Below are positions 20,555 through 31,759 of a stretch of DNA of 64,000 nt, piece after piece. The translations under genes and the position numbers were made by a program. Position 1 is the stretch's first letter. Each line of letters begins with the position of its first letter. The notes under the pieces are model-generated. The model ran no database searches. It was not told the origin of the DNA and worked only from the letters and a program-made list of their open reading frames with translations. Origin of the DNA: Haliotis rufescens (Eukaryota); the NCBI RefSeq assembly GCF_023055435.1, contig NW_025964372.1, positions 7,688,001 through 7,752,000 of the forward strand, given 5' to 3'.

Positions 20555-23500
20555 CCCTGAGGCTCAGGTGTGTTGCCAACACCATGATGTTAAACAGATA
20601 GCCTTAAGGCACTGGTGTGTTGCCAACACCATGATGTTTAACAGATACCCTTGAGGCACGGGTGTGTTGCCAACACCATGATGTTAAACAGATAGCCTTA
20701 AGGCACTGGTGTGTTGCCAACACCATGATGTTAAACAGATAGCCTTGAGGCACTGGTGTGTTGCCAACACCATGATGTTTAACAGATAGCCTTGAGGCAC
20801 GGGTGTTGCCAACACCATGATGTTTAACAGATACCCTTGAAGGCACGGGTGTTGCCAACACCATGATGTTTAACAGATAGCCTTGAGGCACTGGTGTGTT
20901 GCCAACACCATGATGTTTAACAGATACCCTTGAGGCACGGGTGTGTTGCCAACACCATGATGTTTTACTTATACCCTCGAGGCTCAGGTGTGTTGCCAAC
21001 ACCATGATGTTAAACAGATAGCCTTGAGGCACTGGTGTGTTGCCAACACCATGATGTTAAACAGATAGCCTTGAGGCACTGGTGTGTTGCCAACACCATG
21101 ATGTGTTACTTATACCCTCGAGGCACTGGTGTGTTGCCAACACCATGATGTTAAACAGATAGCCTTGAGGCACTGGTGTGTTGCCAACACCATGATGTTT
21201 AACAGATAGCCTTGAGGCACGGGTGTTGCCGCCAACACCATGATGTTTAACAGATAGCCTTGAGGCACGGGTGTTGCCGCCAACACCATGATGTTAAACA
21301 GATAGCCTTGAGGCACGGGTGTGTTGCCAACACCATGATGTTAAACAGATAGCCTTGAGGCACTGGTGTGTTGCCAACACCATGATGTTAAACAGATAGC
21401 CTTGAGGCACAGGTGTTGCCGCCAACACCATGATGTTAAACAGATAGCCTTGAGGCACGGGTGTGTTGCCAACACCATGATGTTAAACAGATAGCCTTGA
21501 GGCTCTGGTGTGTTGCCAACACCATGATGTTAAACAGATAGCCTTGAGGCACTGGTGTGTTGCCAACACCATGATGTTTAACAGATAGCCTTGAGGCACG
21601 GGTGTGTTGCCAACACCATGATGTTTAACAGATAGCCTTGAGGCACGGGTGTGTTGCCAACACCATGATGTTTAACAGATAGCCTTGAGGCACGGGTGTG
21701 TTGCCAACACCATGATGTTTTACTTATACCCTTGAGGCTCTGGTGGTGTGCCAACACCATGATGTTTAACAGATAGCCTTGAGGCACTGGTGTGTTGCCA
21801 ACACCATGATGTTTAACAGATAGCCTTGAGGCACGGGTGTGTTGCCAACACCATGATGTTAAACAGATAGCCTTGAGGCACGGGTGTTGCCAACACCATG
21901 ATGTTTTACTTATACCCTTGAGGCACTGGTGTGTTGCCAACACCATGATGTTTAACAGATAGCCTTGAGGCACGGGTGTTGCCGCCAACACCATGATGTT
22001 TAACAGATACCCTTGAGGCATGGGTGTGTTGCCAACACCATGATGTTTTACTTATACCTTTGAGGCACTGGTGTGTTGCCAACACCATGATGTTTAACAG
22101 ATACCCTCGAGGCACTGGTGTGTTGCCAACACCATGATGTTTAACAGATAGTCTTGAGGCACTGGTGTGTTGCCAACACCATGATGTTTAACAGATAGCC
22201 TTGAGGCTCTGGTGTGTTGCCAACACCATGATGTCAAACAGATAGCCTTGAGGCTCTGGTGTGTTGCCAACACCATGATGTTAAACAGATACCCTTGAGG
22301 CACGGGTGTGTTGCCAACACCATGATGTTTTACTTATACCCTTGAGGCACTGGTGTGTTGCCAACACCATGATGTTTAACAGATACCCTTGAGGCACGGG
22401 TGTGTTGCCAACACCATGATGTTTAACAGATAGCCTTGAGGCACGGGTGTGTTGCCAACACCATGATGTTTAACAGATAGCCTTGAGGCACTGGTGTGTT
22501 GCCAACACCATGATGTTTAACAGATACCCTTGAGGCACGGGTGTGTTGCCAACACCATGATGTTTTACTTATACCTTTGAGGCACTGGTGTGTTGCCAAC
22601 ACCATGATGTTAAACAGATAGCCTTGAGGCACTGGTGTGTTGCCAACACCATGATGTTTAACAGATACCCTCGAGGCACTGGTGTGTTGCCAACACCATG
22701 ATGTTAAACTGATACCCTCGAGGCACTAGTGTGTTGCCAACACCATGATGTTTTACTTATATCCTCGAGGCACTGGTGTGTTGCCAACACCATGATGTTT
22801 AACAGATAGCCTTGAGGCACTGGTGTTGCCAACACCATGATGTTTAACAGATAGCCTTGAGGCACTGGTGTGTTGCCAACACCATGATGTTAAACAGATA
22901 GCCTTGAGGCACTGGTGTGTTGCCAACACCATGATGTTAAACAGATACCCTTGAGGCACTGGTGTGTTGCCAACACCATGATGTTTAACAGATAGCCTTG
23001 AGGCACTGGTGTGTTGCCAACACCATGATGTTTAACAGATACCCTCGAGGCACTGGTGTGTTGCCAACACCATGATGTTTAACAGATACCCTTGAGGCAC
23101 TGGTGTGTTGCCAACACCATGATGTTAAACAGATACCCTTGAGGCACTGGTGTGTTGCCAACACCATGATGTTTTACTTATACCCTTGAGGCACTGGTGT
23201 GTTGCCAACACCATGATGTTAAACAGATAGCCTTGAGGCACTGGTGTGTTGCCAACACCATGATGTTAAACAGATAGCCTTGAGGCACTGGTGTGTTGCC
23301 AACACCATGATGTTAAACAGATAGCCTTGAGGCACTGGTGTGTTGCCAACACCATGATGTTAAACAGATAGCCTTGAGGCACTGGTGTGTTGCCAACACC
23401 ATGATGTTTAACAGATAGCCTTGAGGCACGGGTGTTGCCAACACCATGATGTTTAACAGATACCCTTGAGGCACGGGTGTGTTGCCAACACCATGATGTT

Positions 23501-24700
23501 AAACAGATAGCCTTGAGGCACTGGTGTGTTGCCAACACCATGATGTTAAACAGATAGCCTTGAGGCACTGGTGTGTTGCCAACACCATGATGTTAAACAG
23601 ATAGCCTTGAGGCACTGGTGTGTTGCCAACCCCATGATGTTAAACAGATAGCCTTGAGGCACTGGTGTGTTGCCAACACCATGATGTTTAACAGATAGCC
23701 TTGAGGCACGGGTGTTGCCAACACCATGATGTTTAACAGATACCCTTGAGGCACGGGTGTGTTGCCAACACCATGATGTTTTACTTATACCCTTGAGGCA
23801 CTGGTGTGTTGCCAACACCATGATGTTTAACAGATAGCCTTGAGGCACGGGTGTTGCCGCCAACACCATGATGTGTTACTTATACCTTTGAGGCACGGGT
23901 GTGTTGCCAACACCATGATGTTTAACAGATAGCCTTGAGGCACTGGTGTGTTGCCAACACCATGATGTTAAACAGATAGCCTTGAGGCTCTGGTGTGTTG
24001 CCAACACCATGATGTTTAACAGATAGCCTTGAGGCACTGGTGTGTTGCCAACACCATGATGTTAAACAGATAGCCTTGAGGCACTGGTGTGTTGCCAACA
24101 CCATGATGTTAAACAGATAGCCTTGAGGCACTGGTGTGTTGCCAACACCATGATGTTAAACAGATAGCCTTGAGGCACGGGTGTGTTGCCAACACCATGA
24201 TATTAAACAGATAGCCTTGAGGCACGGGTGTGTTGCCAACACCATGATGTTTTACTTATACATTGAGGCTCTGGTGGTGTGCCAACACCATGATGTTAAA
24301 CAGATAGCCTTGAGGCACTGGTGGTGTGCCAACACCATGATGTTTAACAGATAGCCTTGAGGCTCTGGTGGTGTGCCAACACCATGATGTTTAACAGATA
24401 GCCTTGAGGCACTGGTGGTGTGCCAACACCATGATGTTTAACAGATAGCCTTGAGGCTCTGGTGGTGTGCCAACACCATGATGTTTAACAGATACCCTTG
24501 AGGCTCTGGTGGTGTGCGAACACCATGATGTTTAACAGATACCCTTGAGGCTCTGGTGGTGTGCCAACACCATGATGTTTAACAGATACCCTTGAGGCTC
24601 TGGTGGTGTGCCAACACCATGATGTTTAACAGATACCCTCGAGGCACTGGTGGTGTGCCAACACCATGATGTTTAACAGATACCCTTGAGGCTCTAGTGG
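20555..24700. repeat. 47-bp satellite array (CCTTGAGGCACTGGTGTGTTGCCAACACCATGATGTTTAACAGATAG), ~88 copies, 4.1 kb
   Basis: Period of 47 with 45/48-bp variants. Confidence 0.97.
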
Positions 24701-25597
24701 TTTGGCAAGTCCAGCACTATCTCAGCTATAATGACGTAGCCAGCAGTGTGGAACCTTGAACAGACAAACCATGATGAAGAGCTGTGGTCTGCCAGCCAAG
24801 TACAAGCCACACACAGCAGCCATTATTGTCATCAGGAACACATTGTTGTCACACCTTGAGCATGGGAACGAGGTACCAGTTTACTCATGAAGGTGATTGT
24901 GAGCATCTTGGCCTCCAGTAGTGTTTGATACTACTGATGCGAGGGACATGGACAGTGGTACAGATGACACACAGGCCTTGTCTCTGGTTATCTACTTTCG
25001 TGGAACGATAGATGAAATTTTGCTATCAGATATCGGAATCAAATATGCACAGAAAAGGCCAACTGTAATAATGGGTAGATGGCTATTTCAGAAGGCCACA
25101 CAATGACCCATGAGGCACTGATATTAAATAAATCTAAGGAATGTTCAGCCATGAGATAAACGATACATTATATATGTCATTTAGTGTAAACAATAATAAG
25201 ATCAATATTAATGTGTTGTCAAAATTTGAAATGAAAAATTAAGAATGAAATAATAAAATTTCAAATGAAGTAAACATGAAAGTTACCAATTTAGAAATTT
25301 GGAACGGCCAGACAGCAGACAGACCAACTCCCTAACACTCCAATGTCTGACGTGACTGCACCGGAAGTGTTCTCCCTGAAGGCCCCCCTGACTGCCTGCC
25401 TCCATCCATTCTTCATCAGTTCTCCATCCAATACATCGCCTGGGGCAATATTTCAACCATAATACGACGACCTGCATTGAGTGGGTTCACGCCCGGGATC
25501 AGGTCAGGTGCAGGCAAATTGCAGCTGGCAGTGTGTGTCAATCCATGCTTATGGGGTATGAATCCACACTAGAGCAGCCAGGCAACAGCAAAGTTGG

Positions 25598-25652
25598 TCT
25601 TCCTTGGGCTCACCATCCAAGTACTATCCAAACTTAAAGCTGCTTCATTTTG
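25598..25652 (-). mobile_element. Possible 5S rRNA-derived SINE (SINE3) remnant
   Basis: The minus strand reads AAATGAAGCAGC...GGATAGTACTTGGATGGTGAGCC, resembling 5S box A / box C; too degenerate to be a 5S gene. Confidence 0.4.
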
Positions 25653-26384
25653 TGTGTAAAGCTTACAGCATTGCTGTCAATACCACCTGATCCATTTTCA
25701 AATTTAGAAATTATGTTGACATTATCTTAAATCCAAATGGGCTAAATTTGTTCCTTCCACCCAGTGTAGCCTGGCGCTGAGGGAAGTACTTATCACCTCT
25801 ACACTACCACCTGCTCAGTGTGCTTCAGTGTGAGGCTGAGCTCAACTGGTTCTACATTAAACACTTTACTTGTTTCTGTAACATTAAGTCTGAAGAGGCA
25901 TGATGAAGAGACAAAATCACTGATGGTACATTTACGCATTTGTGTGACCAAACTCATTAACCAAAAATAGTGCATGGACGGGTAAGGTTAGAATGATTAT
26001 TAAACTTGCACAAATTGTCCAGTCTAAATAGTGTACATGATGATTACTTGCTAGAACCTAGGGGTATATCATCAGAGGTTTTACTGATGACAGACAACAC
26101 ACATGGTGTGATGACTGGTGGATGTTCAACTGAGCTGATGTACTGATGGTAATGTAGAAGTGAGGATCCAATCGGGGGGATGGACAAACTGATGAATGAA
26201 TGGATGACACAGGTTTTGGAAGAAGAACTGAGACATTTATGTCTCATAGCAGTCAGTGCCTCACAGATGAATAGACTGCTGAAACAAAAACAAACCCAAA
26301 CGTTACAACATGGGTCATCCTACAGATGACAGCCTAACCACATCAGCTTGTCAACATGGTTCAACCACTTCAGACTACAGAATT

Positions 26385-27725
26385 ACCAGTGCCTCAAGAC
26401 AGATGGAAGCACCATGATGTTGATATTGTCCTGACCAGTGCCTCAAGACAGACGGAAGCACCATGATGCTGATATTGTCCGACCAGTGCCTCCAGACAGA
26501 CGGAAGCACTATGATGTTGATATTGTCCTGACCAGTGCCTCAAGACAGACGGAAGCACCATGATGGTGATATTGTCCTGACCAGTACCTCAAGACAGACG
26601 GAAGCACCATGATGTTGATGTTGTCCAGACCAGCGCCTCCAGACAGACGGAAGCACAATGATATTGATATTGTCCTGACCAGTGCCTCAAGACAGACGGA
26701 AGCACCATGATGTTGATATTGTCCTGACTAGTGCCTTAAGACAGACGGAAGCACCATGATGTTGATATTGTCCTGACTAGTGCCTTAAGACAGACGGAAG
26801 CATTATGATGTTGATATTGTCCTGACCAGAACCTCAAGACAGACGGAAGCACCATGATGTTGATATTGTCCTGACTAGTGCCTCAAGACAGACGGAAGCA
26901 CCATGATGGTGATATTGTCCTGACCAGTACCTCAAGACAGACGGAAGCACCATGATGTTGATGTTGTCCTGACCAGCGCCTCCAGACAGACGGAAGCACA
27001 ATGATGTTGATATTGTCCTGACCAGCGCCTCCAGACAGACGGAAGCACCATGATGTTGATATTGTCCTGACCAGTGCCTCAAGACAGACGGAAGCACCAT
27101 GATGTTGATATTGTCCTGACTAGTGCCTTAAGACAGACGGAAGCACCATGATGGTGATATTGTCCTGACCAGTACCTCAAGACAGACGGAAGCACCATGA
27201 TGGTGATATTGTCCTGACCAGTACCTCAAGAGAGACGGAAGCACCATGATGTTGATATTGTCCTGACCAGCGCCTCCAGACAGACTGAAGCACCATGATG
27301 TTGATATTGTCCTGACTAGTGCCTCAAGACAGCTGGAAGCACCATAATGTTGATATTGTCCTGACTAGCGCCTCAAGACAGACGGAAGCACCATGATGTT
27401 GATATTGTCTTGACTAGTGCCTCAAGACAGACGGAAGCACTATGATGTTGATATTGTCCTGACCAGCGCCTCAATACAGATGGAAGCACCATGATGTTGA
27501 TATTGTCCTGACCAGTGCCTCAAGACAGACGGAAGCACCATGATGTTGATATTGTCCTGACCAGTGCCTCAATACAGACGGAAGCACCATGATGTTAATA
27601 TTGTCCTGACCAGCGCCTCAATACAGACGGAAGCACCATGATGGTGATATTATCCTGACCAGCGCTTCAATACAGAAGGAAGCACCATGATGTTGATATT
27701 GTCCTGACTAGTGCCTCAATATAGA
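26385..27725. repeat. 49-bp minisatellite (GACCAGTGCCTCAAGACAGACGGAAGCACCATGATGTTGATATTGTCCT), ~27 copies
   Basis: Period of 49 read directly. Confidence 0.97.
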
Positions 27726-28815
27726 CAGATGACATTGTATGTACTTATATTGCGCGAAAATCCTTCTCACATACTTTCATCAATTAGAAAACTGCCAGTA
27801 CGAATGTCATATACATATTCAGGTAATTATGAATTACTTTCCAATCCCAGTTCCTTGTATAATTTATAACATATGTAGCTTGATTGAACATTTCATGGCC
27901 TTAGTTATGACAGCTGATTTAAATAATTTCACATTATTATAACATTTACAGCACTCAAAATTCTTCATTGATTTATATTGCATGAATTCCAGTGAAGGAA
28001 GCTGATGTTATCTCCTCCCTAACTGACTGATTCTGTGAACACTCTCGTTCCTGTATCATTGCTTCATATTATAAAGTGTGTCACTTGTGCCCCATTGAAA
28101 TCCTTCAGGCATATGTTAACACATTTGTATCGTTTGAAAAAGGCCCTCATACTAAATAACTTTCACTTGTCAATATTGGATACACATTCCCGAGGTGTTT
28201 GCAGCATGGTGTCTTGCTGGATGCTGTCCAATGACCGCCTCTGTTGTGTATGTTCCTATATACTCAAAGCAGCCTTATGTACGACTCAGTGTTTAGGGGG
28301 GGTTCGTGAGTTAAAACAGCATACTGTACTTTGTATATTGTTTCCAATTCCTAAACATCTTAGTAAAACATATCATAAAACATCACAAGTATCAGTATCA
28401 GTTTAGATAGCCTCAAAAAGCAAGGCAAAATGTCATAAAAATATAACCAAATCTGAAGATTGAATACCTCAAAAAAGGCTAAAATATCATAATTGTCAAA
28501 TAAAACAGCATACAAATTTTACATTTATCAAATTCACTGCTTCACTTATAATTGTATTAAAAGATATCTTACCCTTTACGTTGATCTATACGTTGCTCGT
28601 AATTTTTTCCTGAGAAATTAGCTACCCCTTGTAACATTTAACCCCAAATTTTGTCAGGTAGCATTAAATATCATTTCAACTTTGAAGACCTAAACAGACA
28701 CACTTTAACTGGAAAATGTTGCCAAATGTTATATGTGAAATATTAGTACACCTAAACTGCCAAAAGAACTAAAGTAGTATTTTCGAAATACTTGTGTTGT
28801 GTCTTCATAAGTTGT

Positions 28816-29042
28816 CTAGCAATCATCTGTGGCGCCCCTTCTCTTGCGTTTCCTGATGTGAGGAAGGTAGGGCAGTGCGGCGGGGCTCGGTGACCTCATG
28901 TCATCTGCTGCGTAGTCCTGGGCCATGAGGCGAGGTGTGAGGAGGCGTGGAGATCTCCTCGGGATCTGTGGCAGGTTGAGAGCAGGAACCTCAGACAGGT
29001 TGAGGCGTGGCATGGTGGTAGAGTCTGTGCTGTCGGATCCCC
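28816..29042 (-). CDS. Uncharacterised gene, coding exon 4
   Basis: caacag|GG GGA TCC...MPRLNLSEVPALNLPQIPRRSPRL...DDC*. Confidence 0.82.
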
Positions 29043-31671
29043 CTGTTGCAATAAGGGCAGGTTAGGATCAGTGTTAAAATGCTAGTTTTTTATACCGAAA
29101 ACTTAAATGTATGTATACACCGTCATGTCCATATGGGTAAAATTGGGTTCAGCTTCTTAGACACTTTGCATGGTTTGAGTAGATTTGTTTCAATTAATCC
29201 TCCAACTTTCTGCATCTTGAGCTCATGTTAAGGGTAAACTGATGCCATTGTTCCTACAGTGACTGTGCTTTCTTCTTAAGAAATTCCACACCTGACCAAG
29301 AGGTCATTCTGTCTGACCACCCAATCCAGTAATGTCACCTCATACAACAAACATCGGTTACTTGCAACCAGTTCTAACCAGGACTCCCCACATGTTCTGA
29401 AGTCTATGCATCCCAAAAATTGCCATTTCCAAGTACAAAGCTACCACTAAACTTACCAATGGGGAAAATCTCCTCTGAGCTGACGTCTGAGAGTGGGTCC
29501 TCCATGCCCTCCCCGGGGGAGCGAGCAAATGGGGTGTAGATCCTCTGTCCGTGGATTGCTAGATGCGGGGCATCTGGGGAGTGATGGCTGCTTACAGACT
29601 CCCCTTGGGGGCTGACTCTCTCATTCCCACCTACAACAGCCATAGATGGACTCACTCATAGGTCAAGCATGCAAGCAGCTTTGGGAATGTCAGACTTAAC
29701 AGGGTTTAATGGCACATTTGATTTGCAAGATGACACTTACATATTGTTTTCAAGCGTTTACACATTCAAAGTTTTGCTTTGCTTGCTTGTAATAAAGCCG
29801 GTGGTATTTACTCGGATTGTCAACAGAGTTGTCATGGAAGGTGAGACATGTTAGGCACAGTCAGAAACATTACAGTTAAACATGTGACAGTCAGAAACAT
29901 TACAGTTAAACATGTGACAGTCAGAAACATTACAGTCAAACATGTGACAGTCAGAAACATTAGTCAAACATGTGACAGTCAGAAACATTACAGTTAAACA
30001 TGTGCCAGTCAGAAACATTACAGTCAAACATGTGACAGTCAGAAACATTACAGTCAAACATGTGACAGTCAGAAACATTACAGTTAAACATGTGACAGTC
30101 AGAAACATTACAGTCAAACATGTGACAGTCAGAAACATTACAGTCAAACATGTGACAGTCAGAAACATTACACTTAAACATGTGACAGTCAGAAACATTA
30201 CAGTCAAACATGTGACAGTCAGAAACATTACAGTCAAACATGTGACAGTCAGAAACATTACAGTTAAACATGTGACAGTCAGAAACATTACAGTCAAACA
30301 AGTCACAGTCAGACACATCAGTCAAACATGTGACAGTCAGAAACATCAATGTCAAACATGTGAGTCAGAAACATCACAGTCAAACATGTGACAGTCAGAA
30401 ACATCACAGTAACATCACAGTCAAATATGTCCTAGTCAGAAACATCATAGTCAAACGTGTCACGGTCAGAAATGTCCCAGTCAGACAATATTTCAGCTAT
30501 ATGAAGGCGATCTATAAATAGTCAAGTCTGGACCAAGCAATCCAGTGATTGACATCAAAAGCATTGATCTACACAATTGTGATATAATTACATGCATCAA
30601 CCAAGTCAATGGGCCTGACCATACGACCCTGTTAGTCTCTTACAACATGCATGGGTTGCTGAAGACCAGTTCTGCTGGTAAGCTTCATCACACCAAACAA
30701 CTCACAGTGTGTCAAGCGAGACATCTGCTGCCTCCGGAGCAGACGAACGTGTCTTCGTGACAGCCCATCGTTGATGCCTGGCAGAGTCAGGTCCAGCTGG
30801 GAGTTGGTTGGTCGTCTGACCAGCATGTCCTTAGGCATCTGTGTGTTGTCAGTGTAAGGCACTGGTTCCCGGCGCCGTAGGGGCTGTGGCAGGTAGTTTC
30901 CGCAGTGCACTGATGGGTTGTGGTGAGAACCTGCGACCAACAACATTATTCTTGCAACAACAGCATGACGAGACACACACCAGAGGCAGCCTTATCATGT
31001 TCAGTATGCACCAATAACTATTATAATCAAAATACCAATAAATATACTGTAGGGCTAGAGAACCCCGTACACCAAGAGAGACAATTTCTCAAATGATATG
31101 TCACAAGTCATGTTTGCGAAAGTTTGAGAACTTCATAACTGTAACAGATGTAAACCCCTTTACCTCTTAACTGTGCTGCAATACCTGTTGGTAATTTGGT
31201 ACTTTAAGTATTTAGTATGATGATTTGAAATATAATTGCATTACTTACTTACTGTTGGGGATTTAACATGCGCTTTCCGACATAATGTGTATTTCGCACA
31301 CAGATAAAACTGCATTGACAAGCTATATTAAAGTAGTCAGTCTACATGTATCATGACTTCAGTCAGAAACAGTTGCCTCTTGTCCGATGCCTGGTTTAAG
31401 TAAACACAAAACTCAGCTTATAGCAGCTTATATTTTAGCACTGACATCTACTGACAAAAGTGCTATTAACAGTGCTATGATGATAATATGTCTCACCTGT
31501 AGCTGGTCTGACACGCCGTCCTAGGTTGTTCTGTCCCTGCACAGTCGCCACCAGGGGGATGTTGAGAATCTGGGGGAGACACATACGACGAGGGTCCCTG
31601 GCTTCAGGGTCATAGATTGGGCTTGAGCAGCTTGGGGGCCGAAGTGGGGGTAGCCTTATTTTCCTACCCAT
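28816..31671 (-). CDS. Uncharacterised Pro/Arg/Ser-rich protein, 266 aa: complement(join(28816..29042,29457..29630,30706..30930,31497..31671))
   Basis: Four GC-rich open segments are joined by three phase-1 GT-AG introns into one 801-nt ORF (MGRKIRLPPLRPP...LPHIRKRKRRGATDDC*). The ATG has AAAATGG context, 5 nt after an acceptor at 31677. Confidence 0.85.
29457..29630 (-). CDS. Uncharacterised gene, coding exon 3
   Basis: ttgtag / gtaagt; GNERVSPQGES...SSEEIFPI. Confidence 0.82.
29858..30485. repeat. 30-bp minisatellite (dimer of two related 15-mers CAGTCAGAAACATTA / CAGTCAAACATGTGA), ~20 copies
   Basis: Direct inspection; intronic. Confidence 0.95.
30706..30930 (-). CDS. Uncharacterised gene, coding exon 2
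   Basis: tcgcag / gtgagt; SHHNPSVHCGNYLPQP...QQMSRLTH. Confidence 0.83.
31241..31302 (-). mobile_element. Severely 5'-truncated retroposon: 3' tail related to the LINE at 48751
   Basis: TTACTTACTTA..TTGG.GATTTAAC.TGCGCTTTCCGAC...TCGCACAC matches 48754-48813. Confidence 0.7.
31497..31671 (-). CDS. Uncharacterised gene, coding exon 1
   Basis: ttccag|CTAAA ATG...; donor gtgaga. Confidence 0.82.
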
Positions 31672-31759
31672 TTTAGCTGGAACACATTAACATATCACTT
31701 GCAGATGAATAGCCTGGTGAAAGACAGGTGATCTGCCCTGTTGTGAAGACCCGGACTTG

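Noticed and set aside
20604-24131. Many ORFs in the 47-bp array (likewise in the 49-, 30-, 97-, 63-, 66- and 28-bp arrays)
   Set aside because: They are by-products of tandem repetition, with no splice context or recognisable protein.
20555-24700. CRISPR-like array with palindromic repeats
   Set aside because: There are no unique spacers (whole units repeat), no cas genes, and the context is eukaryotic; it is a satellite.
24921-25477. ORFs between the two satellites as extra exons
   Set aside because: No consistent splice phases link them to either neighbouring gene, and no protein similarity is recognisable.
25598-25720. 5S rRNA gene
   Set aside because: Only a degenerate box A/C-like fragment is present; at best a SINE3 relic.
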